A DNA stretch of 64,000 nt from Candidatus Dojkabacteria bacterium (GTDB lineage Bacteria > Patescibacteriota > Dojkabacteria > SC72): positions 66,532 to 130,531 of the forward strand of contig DUTP01000003.1 in NCBI GenBank assembly GCA_012842045.1, in the 5' to 3' direction. Under the pieces are notes generated by a model. That model had not been told where the DNA came from, did no database searches, and was given only the letters and a program-made list of their open reading frames with translations. The position numbers and the translations under genes are program-made. This document shows, piece by piece, positions 47,553 to 58,400 of the stretch (the first letter of the stretch is position 1; the number at the start of each line of letters is the position of its first letter).

Positions 47553-49397
47553 ATGAAAGGTGTAAAACTAAACAAATTATCAGATGAAGTTGTTAGACAG
47601 ATTGCAGCAGGAGAGGTAATTGAAAGGCCAGCATCTGTGGTTAAAGAATTAGTAGATAACTCTATTGATGCAAAAGCAAGTAAGATTACAGTAAAAGTAA
47701 AAAATGGAGGTATTGATCTAATTGAAGTTTCAGATGATGGTATTGGTATTCCAAAAGAGAATCTTCCTTTAATTTTTCAATCACATACAACATCAAAGCT
47801 TAATAGTATTGAAGATTTAAACACACTACTTAGTATGGGTTTTAGAGGTGAAGCTCTCTCTACAATTACTTCTGTAGCAAAGGTAAGAACCGAGTCTAAA
47901 TATGAAGAGGAAGAGAGAGCAAATGCAATATTTTTTAATGAAAAAGGAGCTTCAGAGATATCAACAATAGCGAAAGAAAAAGGCACTACCATTAAAGTTG
48001 AAAACCTTTTCTACAATATTCCAGCTAGGGCTAAGTATCTTAAAACAGCCAATACCGAATACAGAAAGATATTTGAAATGTTAAACAGGTATTTTCTAAT
48101 CTATCCAGATATATCTTTTACCTTAGAAAAAGATGGTAAAACAGTCATTGAACTTAATGCTATAACACATAGCAAAGCAGGAGAACTGCATGAAGAAAGA
48201 GTTAGAGAGGTTCTGGGAAAAGATTTTAGTGATGATATGTTGAAATTAAGGTATGAAGGCTCTGGTATAAAAATATCAGGTTTTGTTTCTCATCCATCTA
48301 AGTTTAAGAAGAAAGCGACCAATCAATATATCTTTGTTAATAATCGACCAATTACAGATAGAGGTATTGTTCGAGCTGTTATGGAAGGCTACTCTAGATA
48401 CTTACCTTTTGGACAGAGAATTGATTTTGTGATTAATATAAACATTAATCCAGAGCTTGTTGATGTCAATGTCCACCCAAGAAAAGAAGAAGTTAGGTTT
48501 GAGAATCCGTTTAGAATATATTCGGCAGTTGAAGAAGCTGTTAGACATGTTTTAGAAAAGAATCTTTCTTACAGAAATGAAGAAAGTAAAGGAGTAGGGC
48601 AGATTGGAAGTGATATTGATTTTAAATCGATAAGGGAGACCTACAACACCCAAGTACCTCAAACTTCGCTTCCTAGGGCATCTGAGGGCGTCAAACAATA
48701 TCAGCAACAATCCTTGTATTCACAAAACAAACCAACATCTGTACAGGATAGTATCATGTTTTCTAAAGAACTATTTAAAGAAATAGAACCAGTAGAAGAA
48801 AATCAAGAACAACAGGATGGTGATATCCGATCCATATTCCAAATTTTTAATAAATATATTGTAATTGAATTTACTAATGAAAAGCTCTGGATGATTGACC
48901 AGCATGCAGCTGCAGAGAGAATTAATTTTGAGAAATTGATCAACCGTGAGAAGAATCAAACAACACTACAGAACTTACTAGTACCAGTAGAGATACCTTT
49001 CTCCAAAAAACAGATAATATTTCTTAAAGACAGTAAAGACTTCTTTGAGGATTTAGGATTTCTTTTTGATATTAAATCTGAGAGCATTCTCCTGAAAACA
49101 ATTCCAGCTGAATATGCCGAGGCTGATTTTGAAACGATTTTCTTAGATATTTTTGAATTAGAAGACAATATTGAACTATTAGGTAAATCTCTAAAGAAAA
49201 GAAAGGAAGACATCTTAGCTACAATTGCTTGTCATGGTAGTATTAGGACAGGTAAATCCTTAGCACATCAAGAAATGTTAAATCTCTTTCATGAACTTAA
49301 AGCTTGTGATAATGCATATAGCTGTCCTCACGGTAGACCCATTATATGGAAACTTACACTTAGTGAGATAGATAATCATTTTGAAAGAACATACTAA
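47553..49397 (+). CDS. mutL: DNA mismatch repair protein MutL
   Basis: IAAGEVIERPASVVKELVDNS, GFRGEAL, DVNVHP, DQHAAAER, CPHGRP. Confidence 0.97.
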   Translation: MKGVKLNKLSDEVVRQIAAGEVIERPASVVKELVDNSIDAKASKITVKVKNGGIDLIEVSDDGIGIPKENLPLIFQSHTTSKLNSIEDLNTLLSMGFRGEALSTITSVAKVRTESKYEEEERANAIFFNEKGASEISTIAKEKGTTIKVENLFYNIPARAKYLKTANTEYRKIFEMLNRYFLIYPDISFTLEKDGKTVIELNAITHSKAGELHEERVREVLGKDFSDDMLKLRYEGSGIKISGFVSHPSKFKKKATNQYIFVNNRPITDRGIVRAVMEGYSRYLPFGQRIDFVINININPELVDVNVHPRKEEVRFENPFRIYSAVEEAVRHVLEKNLSYRNEESKGVGQIGSDIDFKSIRETYNTQVPQTSLPRASEGVKQYQQQSLYSQNKPTSVQDSIMFSKELFKEIEPVEENQEQQDGDIRSIFQIFNKYIVIEFTNEKLWMIDQHAAAERINFEKLINREKNQTTLQNLLVPVEIPFSKKQIIFLKDSKDFFEDLGFLFDIKSESILLKTIPAEYAEADFETIFLDIFELEDNIELLGKSLKKRKEDILATIACHGSIRTGKSLAHQEMLNLFHELKACDNAYSCPHGRPIIWKLTLSEIDNHFERTY

Positions 49398-49398
49398 A

Positions 49399-50643
49399 TT
49401 GAAAATATTTACAGGATCTACTCCAAATACAACAGAAAAGGATCTTCTACTAGCCAAAGGAATTCTTTCTGGAGCTGTTAATACTCAAGGAGCGAGAGAA
49501 AGTCTTAAAGAATATTTTCGAAATACATGGGAAGAAGATATCTTTCTTTTCAACAGAGGAAGAGAGGCAATATATTTCCTTCTTAAGAATTTAGGTCTGA
49601 AGAAAGATGATGAAATAATACTCCAAGCATTCACGTGCATTGCAACTGTTGAACCTATTCTCTGGAGTAAATGTAAACCTGTTTTTGTTGATATTCAAAA
49701 GAATAGCTTTAATATTGATTTAGAAAAATTAAGAAGTAGTATCACACCTAGAACTAGAGTTGTACTAATACAACATACTTTTGGAGAGATGGTTAATATG
49801 AAAAAGGTTAGAGAAATAGTAGAGAGTTTTAATAATGAAAGGGATAATGAAGAAAAAATATTTTTAATAGAGGACTGTGCCCATCTTTTTTCTCTAACTG
49901 ACGATAGAATAGGTAAATATTCAGATGCTTTCTTCTTTAGTTTTGCACAAGACAAAGCAATTAGTTCAACACAAGGTGCAATGCTAGTTGTTAAGAATAA
50001 CAACTTTTTTAGCTCTAACCTTAAACAGGAATATGAGGAATTGGATGAACTTAACCAAAGAGAAGCTACTTACAATGCTAGATATGTTCTACTTTGGGAG
50101 AAGATAAAGAGATTTTACTATACACTTGAAATACCTCTGATAAGATTCAGTCTTGGGAAACTTTTAATCCTCCTTTTTAGATTTCTAGGATTAATAAAGA
50201 AACAAGCAAAAGTTAATATAGAAAAGGATTGTAATATTAAGAAAATGAGTGATATCCAAGCCCAACTTCTTCTTAGACAGTTAGAAGATTGGGAAGTCTT
50301 TAATCAGCACAGACAAGAAATTGTTACAATATACGAAGATAAACTTAAAGAAGAGTATAGAACTAGTTATAAAAAAGGAGATACTCTACTTAGATATCCT
50401 ATCCTTTCAGAAAAGAAGAATTTAATAAGAAAAATCTTAAGAGAAGAGAAGGTGATTGTAGGTAATTGGTATAGTTCTCCGATTTACCCACTAGCCTGGG
50501 AGAACCTTTCCTCTGTTGGATATGTAAAAGGAAGTTGTCCTAATGTAGAAACTGCTTGCAAGAATATTTTAAATCTCCCCACAGGTATAGAAGTGAGTAA
50601 GGAGCAAGCAGAAGAAATTACTGATATACTTAATTCTGTATAA
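49399..50643 (+). CDS. DegT/DnrJ/EryC1/StrS family PLP-dependent aminotransferase
   Basis: QAFTC, IQHTFG, IEDCAH, FSFAQDKAISSTQGA; TTG start uncertain. Confidence 0.85.
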   Translation: MKIFTGSTPNTTEKDLLLAKGILSGAVNTQGARESLKEYFRNTWEEDIFLFNRGREAIYFLLKNLGLKKDDEIILQAFTCIATVEPILWSKCKPVFVDIQKNSFNIDLEKLRSSITPRTRVVLIQHTFGEMVNMKKVREIVESFNNERDNEEKIFLIEDCAHLFSLTDDRIGKYSDAFFFSFAQDKAISSTQGAMLVVKNNNFFSSNLKQEYEELDELNQREATYNARYVLLWEKIKRFYYTLEIPLIRFSLGKLLILLFRFLGLIKKQAKVNIEKDCNIKKMSDIQAQLLLRQLEDWEVFNQHRQEIVTIYEDKLKEEYRTSYKKGDTLLRYPILSEKKNLIRKILREEKVIVGNWYSSPIYPLAWENLSSVGYVKGSCPNVETACKNILNLPTGIEVSKEQAEEITDILNSV

Positions 50644-50667
50644 AGTTTTAATTTGTCTATTTTAAAC

Positions 50668-51726
50668 ATGAGTTTGATATTTAAAGAGATAGAGAATGAT
50701 AAAGAGTGGGATGAATACGTATTCAAGATGCCCAACTATTCATTTCTCAACAGTAGTGCTAGATTTCAATACAACAAAACTGTTGGAATTAAAACCTACA
50801 GAACAGCCATCGTTGATAATGAGAAATTAAAAGGAATTATCTCTTGCAACGTTGGAACATCTAAGTTGTTTGGGAACTTCTTAGAATGCAAACACTCTCC
50901 TCTATTGTTAGATGCTTCAGTAGAGGATTGGATAGAAGTAATGGAATATTGTAAAAAGATAGCTAAAGAAAACAAATGCTTTATGTTTCGATTCTCACCT
51001 CTCTATGAGAGAAATGAAAACCTCTCTGCGTTTTATAAAAAAACAGGCTTTATCTCTGCACCTATCCATAATGTAGATGCATTAATCTCACAGCATATTG
51101 ATTTAAGAAAGAGCGAAGAAGAGATTAATAGAGAGATGAACAAAACGAGAAGAAACCTCTTAAGAAGGTCATTAGAAGATGACACCATTGAAGTTAAAAT
51201 TGTAGACACAGATGAATATTTTGAAGATTTTGCAAGATTCCATGATGAAACAGTAAAGTTTAAAGGATATGTAGATAAGCCCACAAACTTATTAATGAAA
51301 GAATTAGAAGAACAACAAAGTAGAGGAATGTGTTACATGGTTGTTGCTTTATATAAAGGCAAACCTTTCTCTATTTGGCAAAATAGTGTGTATGGAAAGC
51401 ATATGCACCTCTATCAGGCAGGAGCTTCTACAAAGTTTAGAAAAGATAATTTCATGGTAACAACATTGCTATTCTGGAAGAGTGTGTTACTAGGTAAAAA
51501 GCTAGGTTTAGAACTATATGACCTGTTTGGTGGTGTAGTACCAAATGAGTATGAAAACAAAAAACACCCATGGAGAGGTGTTAGTGAATTTAAGAGAAGT
51601 TTAGGTGGAGTTAAAACCACATATATGCATAGTATGGATTACCCTCTTTGCAAGATTAAGTATTTTGTTTACTACCTCTACTCAACATTTAGAACAAGAA
51701 TCAAAGGACACACAACAAAGTGGTAA
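50668..51726 (+). CDS. FemABX-like tRNA-dependent aminoacyltransferase
   Basis: IDLRKSEEEI...KTRRNLLRR, YDLFGG, GVSEFKRSLGG. Confidence 0.8.
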   Translation: MSLIFKEIENDKEWDEYVFKMPNYSFLNSSARFQYNKTVGIKTYRTAIVDNEKLKGIISCNVGTSKLFGNFLECKHSPLLLDASVEDWIEVMEYCKKIAKENKCFMFRFSPLYERNENLSAFYKKTGFISAPIHNVDALISQHIDLRKSEEEINREMNKTRRNLLRRSLEDDTIEVKIVDTDEYFEDFARFHDETVKFKGYVDKPTNLLMKELEEQQSRGMCYMVVALYKGKPFSIWQNSVYGKHMHLYQAGASTKFRKDNFMVTTLLFWKSVLLGKKLGLELYDLFGGVVPNEYENKKHPWRGVSEFKRSLGGVKTTYMHSMDYPLCKIKYFVYYLYSTFRTRIKGHTTKW

Positions 51727-51736
51727 ATAAAATAGT

Positions 51737-52639
51737 TTAATAAGTTTCAATAATATTAATAACAGGAGGAATACCTAATCTAAAAGGTAAGCCTGTCATA
51801 CCTAGTCCTGAAGACACAAAAACCTTTCCATTTTTAGTTTCATAATACCCTTCATCAAAATCATAATCGCTAGGAATGAAATATTTATATATAAAAGGAA
51901 TACGAATCTGTCCTCCATGTGTATGGCCAGAGAGTGTTAAATCAGGTTTAATTTCCTCATATGAATAAACAGTGTCTGGTGAGTGAGCTATTACTAACAA
52001 ATTTTCTACATCTTTAAACTCATCTAACTTTTCGGTATCCACTTCCTCAGCTAAAAGATCGCCTAAACCTAAAATATGTATATCTAAATTCTCAAGATAC
52101 AGATCTTCATTCTTTAAGAATATCACATTATTTTTTTCTAATGCTTCCTTTAATTCTTTCTCAATATATGGACCTGGAGCTTGACTATCATGATTACCTA
52201 AGACTGCATATGTAGGCTTCTTAAGATTTTTAAAAGGTGAGAGTAGGGTAGTTAAATCTCCTATTGGGTAATATGTTATATCTCCGGCTATTACAACAAA
52301 ATCTACATCATCTATATTATTAACTTTCTCAATAACTCTCTCTAAAAACCTTGTTGAGTTATATGCACCAATATGAGGGTCTGATATAAGTACTATTTTA
52401 GATTTAAATCCTGTTTCAATGCTTGTTTGTTTCTCTACTATGATGTTTGGTTCTACAAATCTTGCATAGATTAACAGAAAATTGATAAGGTAAAGAAAAA
52501 TTACAACTATTTTAAAAAGAGGTTTATTTGTAAACTTGTCTTTAATCTTTGAGTAGAGAAGAAAAAGTAGAATAGGGGTAATTAGTAGGAGAAATGAGGT
52601 GTAGTTAATAAAATAGTTAACAATGTAGTGTAGTATCAT
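51737..52639 (-). CDS. Membrane-anchored metallophosphoesterase (YkuE-like)
   Basis: SDPH, AGD, LGNHD, SGHTHGGQ. Confidence 0.92.
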   Translation of the reverse strand: MILHYIVNYFINYTSFLLLITPILLFLLYSKIKDKFTNKPLFKIVVIFLYLINFLLIYARFVEPNIIVEKQTSIETGFKSKIVLISDPHIGAYNSTRFLERVIEKVNNIDDVDFVVIAGDITYYPIGDLTTLLSPFKNLKKPTYAVLGNHDSQAPGPYIEKELKEALEKNNVIFLKNEDLYLENLDIHILGLGDLLAEEVDTEKLDEFKDVENLLVIAHSPDTVYSYEEIKPDLTLSGHTHGGQIRIPFIYKYFIPSDYDFDEGYYETKNGKVFVSSGLGMTGLPFRLGIPPVINIIETY

Positions 52640-52654
52640 ATTAATAATTATATC

Positions 52655-53200
52655 CTATCTATTTAAAAATTCAGCTAACTTATCCCATGCTTTACCCCAA
52701 ACCAAACCCTTTTCATCTTCACTCATATCAACCATCAACTTACCTGTAATATCAGCTTTAAAAAATGCATCAAAAGCATATCCTTCTTTCATTTCCTCAA
52801 TAGGAACAATAATACCTGTTGATTTACTAGTAAATATTTGAATACCATCTTGGTCTGCATATGCTAAAGTTTGTTGTATATATGCAGTACGATCCTCTAT
52901 ACCTTCTAAAAGCTTAAGGAATTGTTCCTGTGATAGTGTCTTAAACATATCACTAGTATAAATACCGGGGAAACCATTAAGTGCATTTATAAACAAACCT
53001 GAGTCCATAGTAATAATAGGTTCCTGAGACTTCTCATAAGCTTGCTTTACTTTAAACTGTGAAATCTCCTCCTGTGTCATAGATTGAGGCTCTATTAATG
53101 TAATTTCAAAAGGTACTGCTTCCCAACCGTGTTTGTTCAAAAGATTATTAGCAAACTTGATTTTGTAATCATTTGTAGTAGCAAATCTTATTTGTTTCAT
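52655..53200 (-). CDS. Non-canonical purine NTP pyrophosphatase (HAM1/RdgB family)
   Basis: FATTNDYK, MDSGLFINALNGFPGIY; C-terminal SHR motif not conserved. Confidence 0.8.
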   Translation of the reverse strand: MKQIRFATTNDYKIKFANNLLNKHGWEAVPFEITLIEPQSMTQEEISQFKVKQAYEKSQEPIITMDSGLFINALNGFPGIYTSDMFKTLSQEQFLKLLEGIEDRTAYIQQTLAYADQDGIQIFTSKSTGIIVPIEEMKEGYAFDAFFKADITGKLMVDMSEDEKGLVWGKAWDKLAEFLNR

Positions 53201-53229
53201 CTTGTTAGTAGAAATGAGAAAGTTCTAAA

Positions 53230-53306
53230 TGGTCGGGGAGACAGGACTTGAACCTGCGACCTCTGCATCCCAAATGCAGCGTTCTAGCCATCTGAACTAC
53301 TCCCCG
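53230..53306 (-). tRNA. tRNA-Pro(TGG)
   Basis: Reverse complement CGGGGAG...CTCCCCG-A-CCA; anticodon arm CTGCA-TTTGGGA-TGCAG. Confidence 0.96.
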
Positions 53307-53346
53307 AGGCTCTGTCATTCTATCATATATTAAGAATTATTGAAAT

Positions 53347-53370
53347 AAAAAGGGGAGATTACTCTCCCCT
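53347..53370 (-). terminator. Intrinsic terminator after the DUF4870-like gene
   Basis: AGGGGAGA/TCTCCCCT 8-bp stem, 4-nt loop, U-tract on minus strand. Confidence 0.75.
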
Positions 53371-53391
53371 CAATTTCTACTAAAATGTAGT

Positions 53392-53727
53392 TTAAAGAGC
53401 TGCCATAGCTTTAAGTGCAAGGTCTGACACCAAAGGAACATCAAATCTCTCACCTTTAGCAGTCTTAACCATTCCAATAATCATACAAACAAAAGCTATT
53501 GGACCTAATAACCAGCCAATTATTGGGATAAATGTAAGCATACTGAAAAGCCCCATTATAGCAGCTTGTGCTCCAACATACCTTACAAAACTATCTTCCT
53601 TTTCTACAAAGAACATTATTAAGCCTACTATAAAAATCCAAGAAAGAATACTTATTGTCTTATTCTCCTCCTTGAACTTTATTTCGTCTAATGTATAGAC
53701 CTTTTTAGCATTTTTTACTTCTGCCAT
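53392..53727 (-). CDS. DUF4870/Tic20-like membrane protein
   Basis: EKEDSFVRYVGAQA, IPIIGWL, GERFDVPLV. Confidence 0.75.
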   Translation of the reverse strand: MAEVKNAKKVYTLDEIKFKEENKTISILSWIFIVGLIMFFVEKEDSFVRYVGAQAAIMGLFSMLTFIPIIGWLLGPIAFVCMIIGMVKTAKGERFDVPLVSDLALKAMAAL

Positions 53728-53913
53728 ATTAAGTTTGAGTAAATAAAATAAATTAATAACTCCAGTATACCATAGAAGGTTACCTCAATGGTATAGTCAC
53801 TGTACAAGATGACTATATAAGCTTTTGTTGCAGTCATTTAATATACTATAAGTACTTGCAATGGTTTCCAAGAGGGGTATACTAGGTGTATATTAAAATT
53901 ATATTTTACAAAA

Positions 53914-54564
53914 ATGGATGGTATACTCACAAAGAAACAAGAGGCTGTTTTAGGAATAATTAAACGATACTATTTAGAGCAAGGTGTTGCCCCTTCTCTG
54001 AATGAACTTAAGGATGAATTAGGCATAACAACAAAGAGAGGAGTAGTTGTTCACCTAGATGCTTTAGAGAAAAAAGGATATATTTTTAGAACAAGCCAAC
54101 CTAGGGGTATACATATGGCAGAAAACGATGATGAGATAGTATACGACTACTTAGTAGGTGTACCAATTCTTGGTTATGCAAATGCTGGTATTCCAATGGT
54201 AAGTGCTGAGGAAGAGAATATAGGTGTGTTGAAGATAGATAAAAATATTCTTGGAAAAAGGAGAAATCTCTTCTCATTAATTATAAAAGGAGACTCTATG
54301 GATCAAGCAGTGATAGACGGTCATACTTTAAAGAATGGTAAGTATGTTGTTGTTGAGAAAGATGCTGATTTTGAAGATGGTGATATTGTAGTAGCAATTA
54401 TAGACAACTGTGCTACTATAAAGAGATTTAAGAGAGGGAGAGACATGATTGTTCTCTATCCTGACTCTAGTAACCCAGCAAATACACCTATATATATTGA
54501 TAAAAATACAGACATTTTAATAAACGGAAAGGTTGTAAAGGTTTTAGAGAACCCTGCTATCTAA
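53914..54564 (+). CDS. lexA: SOS repressor LexA
   Basis: LTKKQ...APSLNEL...HLDALEKKGYI wHTH; Ala-Gly site in ANAGIP; KGDSM Ser and TIKRF Lys. Confidence 0.93.
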   Translation: MDGILTKKQEAVLGIIKRYYLEQGVAPSLNELKDELGITTKRGVVVHLDALEKKGYIFRTSQPRGIHMAENDDEIVYDYLVGVPILGYANAGIPMVSAEEENIGVLKIDKNILGKRRNLFSLIIKGDSMDQAVIDGHTLKNGKYVVVEKDADFEDGDIVVAIIDNCATIKRFKRGRDMIVLYPDSSNPANTPIYIDKNTDILINGKVVKVLENPAI

Positions 54565-55255
54565 TGTAACTGTTTTCAACATGTTTTTTAGCTCCAAGTA
54601 AAATTTGTTTAAGCTCCTTCTCTGTAAAGGAGTTTGAACTATCTAAAGTCTCATCTATTGTTTTCCCTGATCTAAAATTCTGAATATAATATTTCTTAGC
54701 TCCTTTAATCATAGCAGCAATCTTTGCTCCATCTTCTATACTATGTATCCCTTTAACAACTGTTGTTCTAAACTCATAATCTATTCCTGAGTTCATAATA
54801 ATCTCAATTGATTTCTCTACTTTCTCAACAGCTTTTTTATCACCACTAAACTTTGTATAGTCATCTTTAGACCACTTAACATCCATTGCTATATAATCTA
54901 ATAGCCCTTTTTTTAGTAACTGTTTTAATTCTTTTGGGAAAAAACCATTAGTATCAAGTTTAATAAGAAAGTCCATTTCCCTAATTCTCTCTATAAGTAA
55001 ACCAATATCCTTCCATATTAGAGGTTCTCCTCCTGTAATCACAACAGCATCTATCAAACCTTTCCTTCCCTTAAGATAATGGAAAAACTCTTCTTCTTTG
55101 ATCTCAATATCACTATCCAGAGGGTATATAACTAACTCTGGATTATGACAAAAAGAACATTTTAAATTACAACCATAAGTAAAGAGGACAACTGACACCT
55201 TGCCTGGATAATCAAGCAAAGAAACCTTCTCTAATCCTCCAATTTTAAGTATCAT
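54557..55255 (-). CDS. nrdG: Anaerobic RNR activating radical-SAM enzyme
   Basis: SLLDYPG, CNLKCSFCHNP, ITGGEP, KLDTNG, YEFRTT. Confidence 0.95.
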   Translation of the reverse strand: MILKIGGLEKVSLLDYPGKVSVVLFTYGCNLKCSFCHNPELVIYPLDSDIEIKEEEFFHYLKGRKGLIDAVVITGGEPLIWKDIGLLIERIREMDFLIKLDTNGFFPKELKQLLKKGLLDYIAMDVKWSKDDYTKFSGDKKAVEKVEKSIEIIMNSGIDYEFRTTVVKGIHSIEDGAKIAAMIKGAKKYYIQNFRSGKTIDETLDSSNSFTEKELKQILLGAKKHVENSYIR

Positions 55256-55257
55256 TC

Positions 55258-55398
55258 TTAATTCTTACAGCCACAAACCTTAAACATCTTTCTATCAGAC
55301 CATTCGGCTTGTTTACCAATATTCCACTGAGAGATAGGTCTAATATATCCTACGACTCTGGAATATACCTCACATTTCTGTCTTTTTACTTTCTTCAT
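55258..55398 (-). CDS. Stand-alone NrdD glycyl-radical peptide, 46 aa (not in ORF track)
   Basis: MKKVKRQKCEVYSRVVGYIRPISQWNIGKQAEWSDRKMFKVCGCKN; RVxGY motif. Confidence 0.9.
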   Translation of the reverse strand: MKKVKRQKCEVYSRVVGYIRPISQWNIGKQAEWSDRKMFKVCGCKN

Positions 55399-55427
55399 TG
55401 TAGTTTGTAAATAATAATTTAAATAAA

Positions 55428-58400
55428 TTAATCACTAAATGGCATACCCTCTTTATAACCAACTTCAGCATCACACTTAGGGCAATACTCGTGTTCACCA
55501 GAAATATATCCATGTTTAGGACAAATACTAAATGTAGGAGTCAATGAAAAGTAAGGTAGTTTATAATTCTCAGCAACTTTCCTAACCAAATTCTTTACAG
55601 CCTCAGTAGAGGAAATCCTCTCGCCAACATATATATGCTGCACTGTACCACCTGTATATGCAGCCTGAAAATCGTCCTGTATTTCCAAAGCCTCAAAAAT
55701 ATCGTTTGTAGCACCAACTGCTAACTGAGAACTATTAGTATAGTAAGGCTCAATATTCTTACCTTTGTGAACACCTATATCCGCAGCTGTAATAATTGCA
55801 TCTCCAAATTTCTTTTTGTCAGCTTTTGCAAACTTGTATGTAGTACTTTCTCCTGGTGTTGCCTCTAAATTAAATAACTCATTTGTTTCGTTCTGATAAT
55901 CCTTAAGCCTATCTCTCATATGTTCCATAATCTCAAGACCGAACTTTCTTCCTTCCTTAGAGGTAATATCTTTCTTTGTATCACCAAAGAAATTAATCAA
56001 AGATTCATTAAGACCAAGAATACCAATTGTATTAAAGTGATTCTTATAGTACTCTCCAAACCTCTTCTTAATGTCTGCAAGGTAGAATTTGGAGTATGGA
56101 TAAAGACCTTTATCTGCATATTTTTCAATGAAGCTCCTCTTAATTATCAGACTTTCTTTTGCAAGATCCATCAAATCATCTAACCTTTTGAAGTAATCCT
56201 TCTTATCTTGAGCTAAGAAACCAATTCTAGGAAGATTGATTGTTACAACACCAATACTACCCGTCAAAGGATTTGCTCCAAATAGTCCTCCTCCTCTCTT
56301 TCTCAACTCCCTATTATCAAGTCTTAACCTGCAACACATACTTCTTGCGTCATCAGGACTCATGTCAGAATTAATGAAGTTTGAGAAATAAGGTATGCCG
56401 TACTTAGCAGTCATATCCCAAATAGGTTCATAGTCTGGATTATCCCAATCAAAGTCCTTAGTTATATTATAAGTTGGAATAGGGAAAGAGAAGAGTCTCC
56501 CTTGAGCATCTCCTTCAACCATAATCTCACAGAATGCTTTGTTAAGCATCCCCATCTCTTTCTGGAAATCCTTGTACTTCTCTTTCTGGACTTTACCTCC
56601 AATAATTACACCTTGTTCTGCTAATTCACCACTGGGGATCAAATCCATAGTTATATTAGTAAATGGAGTATTACCAGTAACAAACACTTTACCTTTTCTT
56701 CTTGCAATAATTGTTTCGTTCTTAGTGTGAGGACACCAGATAATACCCTCATAATCAACTTTTTTAACATTCTTAATATATGTTTCCTGATGTTTAATTA
56801 TTCTAACTACAAAAACATCCTTAGTTCCAATCGTAGGCTTTCTTACTAAAACAGTAGAACCGTAACCGCAATTAGTAGCAATTATTTGTAACTGATTTAC
56901 AATATCAACATCTGTAACTGAAATCCTATCCTCTCCCCATCCATCACCTTTCATGTATGTTTCTAAGAATAGGCGTGATTGTTCTTCATTTAATTTTAGT
57001 ATAGAAGACGGGATATGTTTTACACTACTATCAGAATCAAACCATTTGTGTATCACTTTTGAACTCTCTGCATTTAATCTCAAACCTACAACAGGATTAC
57101 CTAGACCAACTGTTGTATTTTCGGAATATGTAAACTTAAAATGGTCTAAAAGCTTCTTGATCTCTTCATATTTCTTTTTGTTTTTTACCTTAGACTGATA
57201 AATAGTCACTCTCTTACAACTTCTTGTTTTAATTCCTCTCTCAATACTACCCTCTGAGATAATCCATGCCATAAGGGCAATCTGCTCATCACTCATAGCT
57301 GATTTCTTGTTACTATTCTTACCAGAAAGAGGAATGATAAATGGAGACTTTAAATCCATAACTTCTTCGACAGGTTGCAAGATATATTTATCACCACTGA
57401 AAAGCTTCCTTACAACTCTATGATTAGGCGATATCAACTGATCTTGTATTCTGTTTTTAAGATTAAACATATGTCCTTTGTACTTCTTCTTAAAAACAGA
57501 AGTAACAGTTTGATCTTCAATCTCTCCACTATCTAAATTAAATGTCTTTATCACAACTCCTTCTTCAATATCCTCATATGTTTTCCAACCATCAGGAGTT
57601 AAAATCTCTGTATCTTCTGACACACACTGACAACCAACCCTTGTCGGTACATTCATGTTATACAAAAACTCCTGCATCTTCTGTTTAACTTCTTTGTAAG
57701 TAAGTTTGTCATATCTAATAAAAGGGGCTAGGTATGTATCAAAACTGGAGAATGCCTGGGCACCTGCAGCCTCGTGCTGAAGAGTATAAAGAAAGTTTAC
57801 ACACTGACCAAGAGCTGTACTAAAATGTTTAGGAGGTGCAGAAGAAATTTTACCAGGGACACCTGTAAACCCTTTTAGTAACAAATCTTCCAAACTCCAA
57901 CCACAACAATATGTAGCTAACATCCCTAAATCATGTATATGTAAATCCTTGTTAATATTTGCATTGGAAATCTCCTTAGGATATATACTATGAAGCCAAT
58001 AGTTAGATTGAATAGCAGTAGAGATATAGTAGTTTAAACCTTGCCATGAGTAAGACTTACTACTGTTCTCATTAACCTGCCAATCCGACTTGTCAATATA
58101 ATCATTAATAAGAGAGTTAACATCTATCAAAGATTTAATATTCTTAACCTTGTTTCTTAAATCTACAAAAAGATTAAAAGCAACAGAAGTCTTACCATGT
58201 CCCATATCTAGTAAAGTCTGGATAACAATCTCTCCAATATCTTTGGTCTTTACAGTACCTTTAAACTTCTCGTTAATTCTTTTAATTACCTCATCAGCTA
58301 CCTCCTCAGCTCTCTCTCTATCCTTACCACCAACACTCTCAGCAGCTTTAAATATTCCACTTACAATTCTCTCTCTACTAAAATCAACAATCCTACCATC

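Noticed and set aside
53765-53895. Inverted repeats upstream of lexA as a LexA operator
   Set aside because: They are largely explained by opposed TGGTATAnT promoter elements, and no matching motif was found upstream of uvrB or uvrC.
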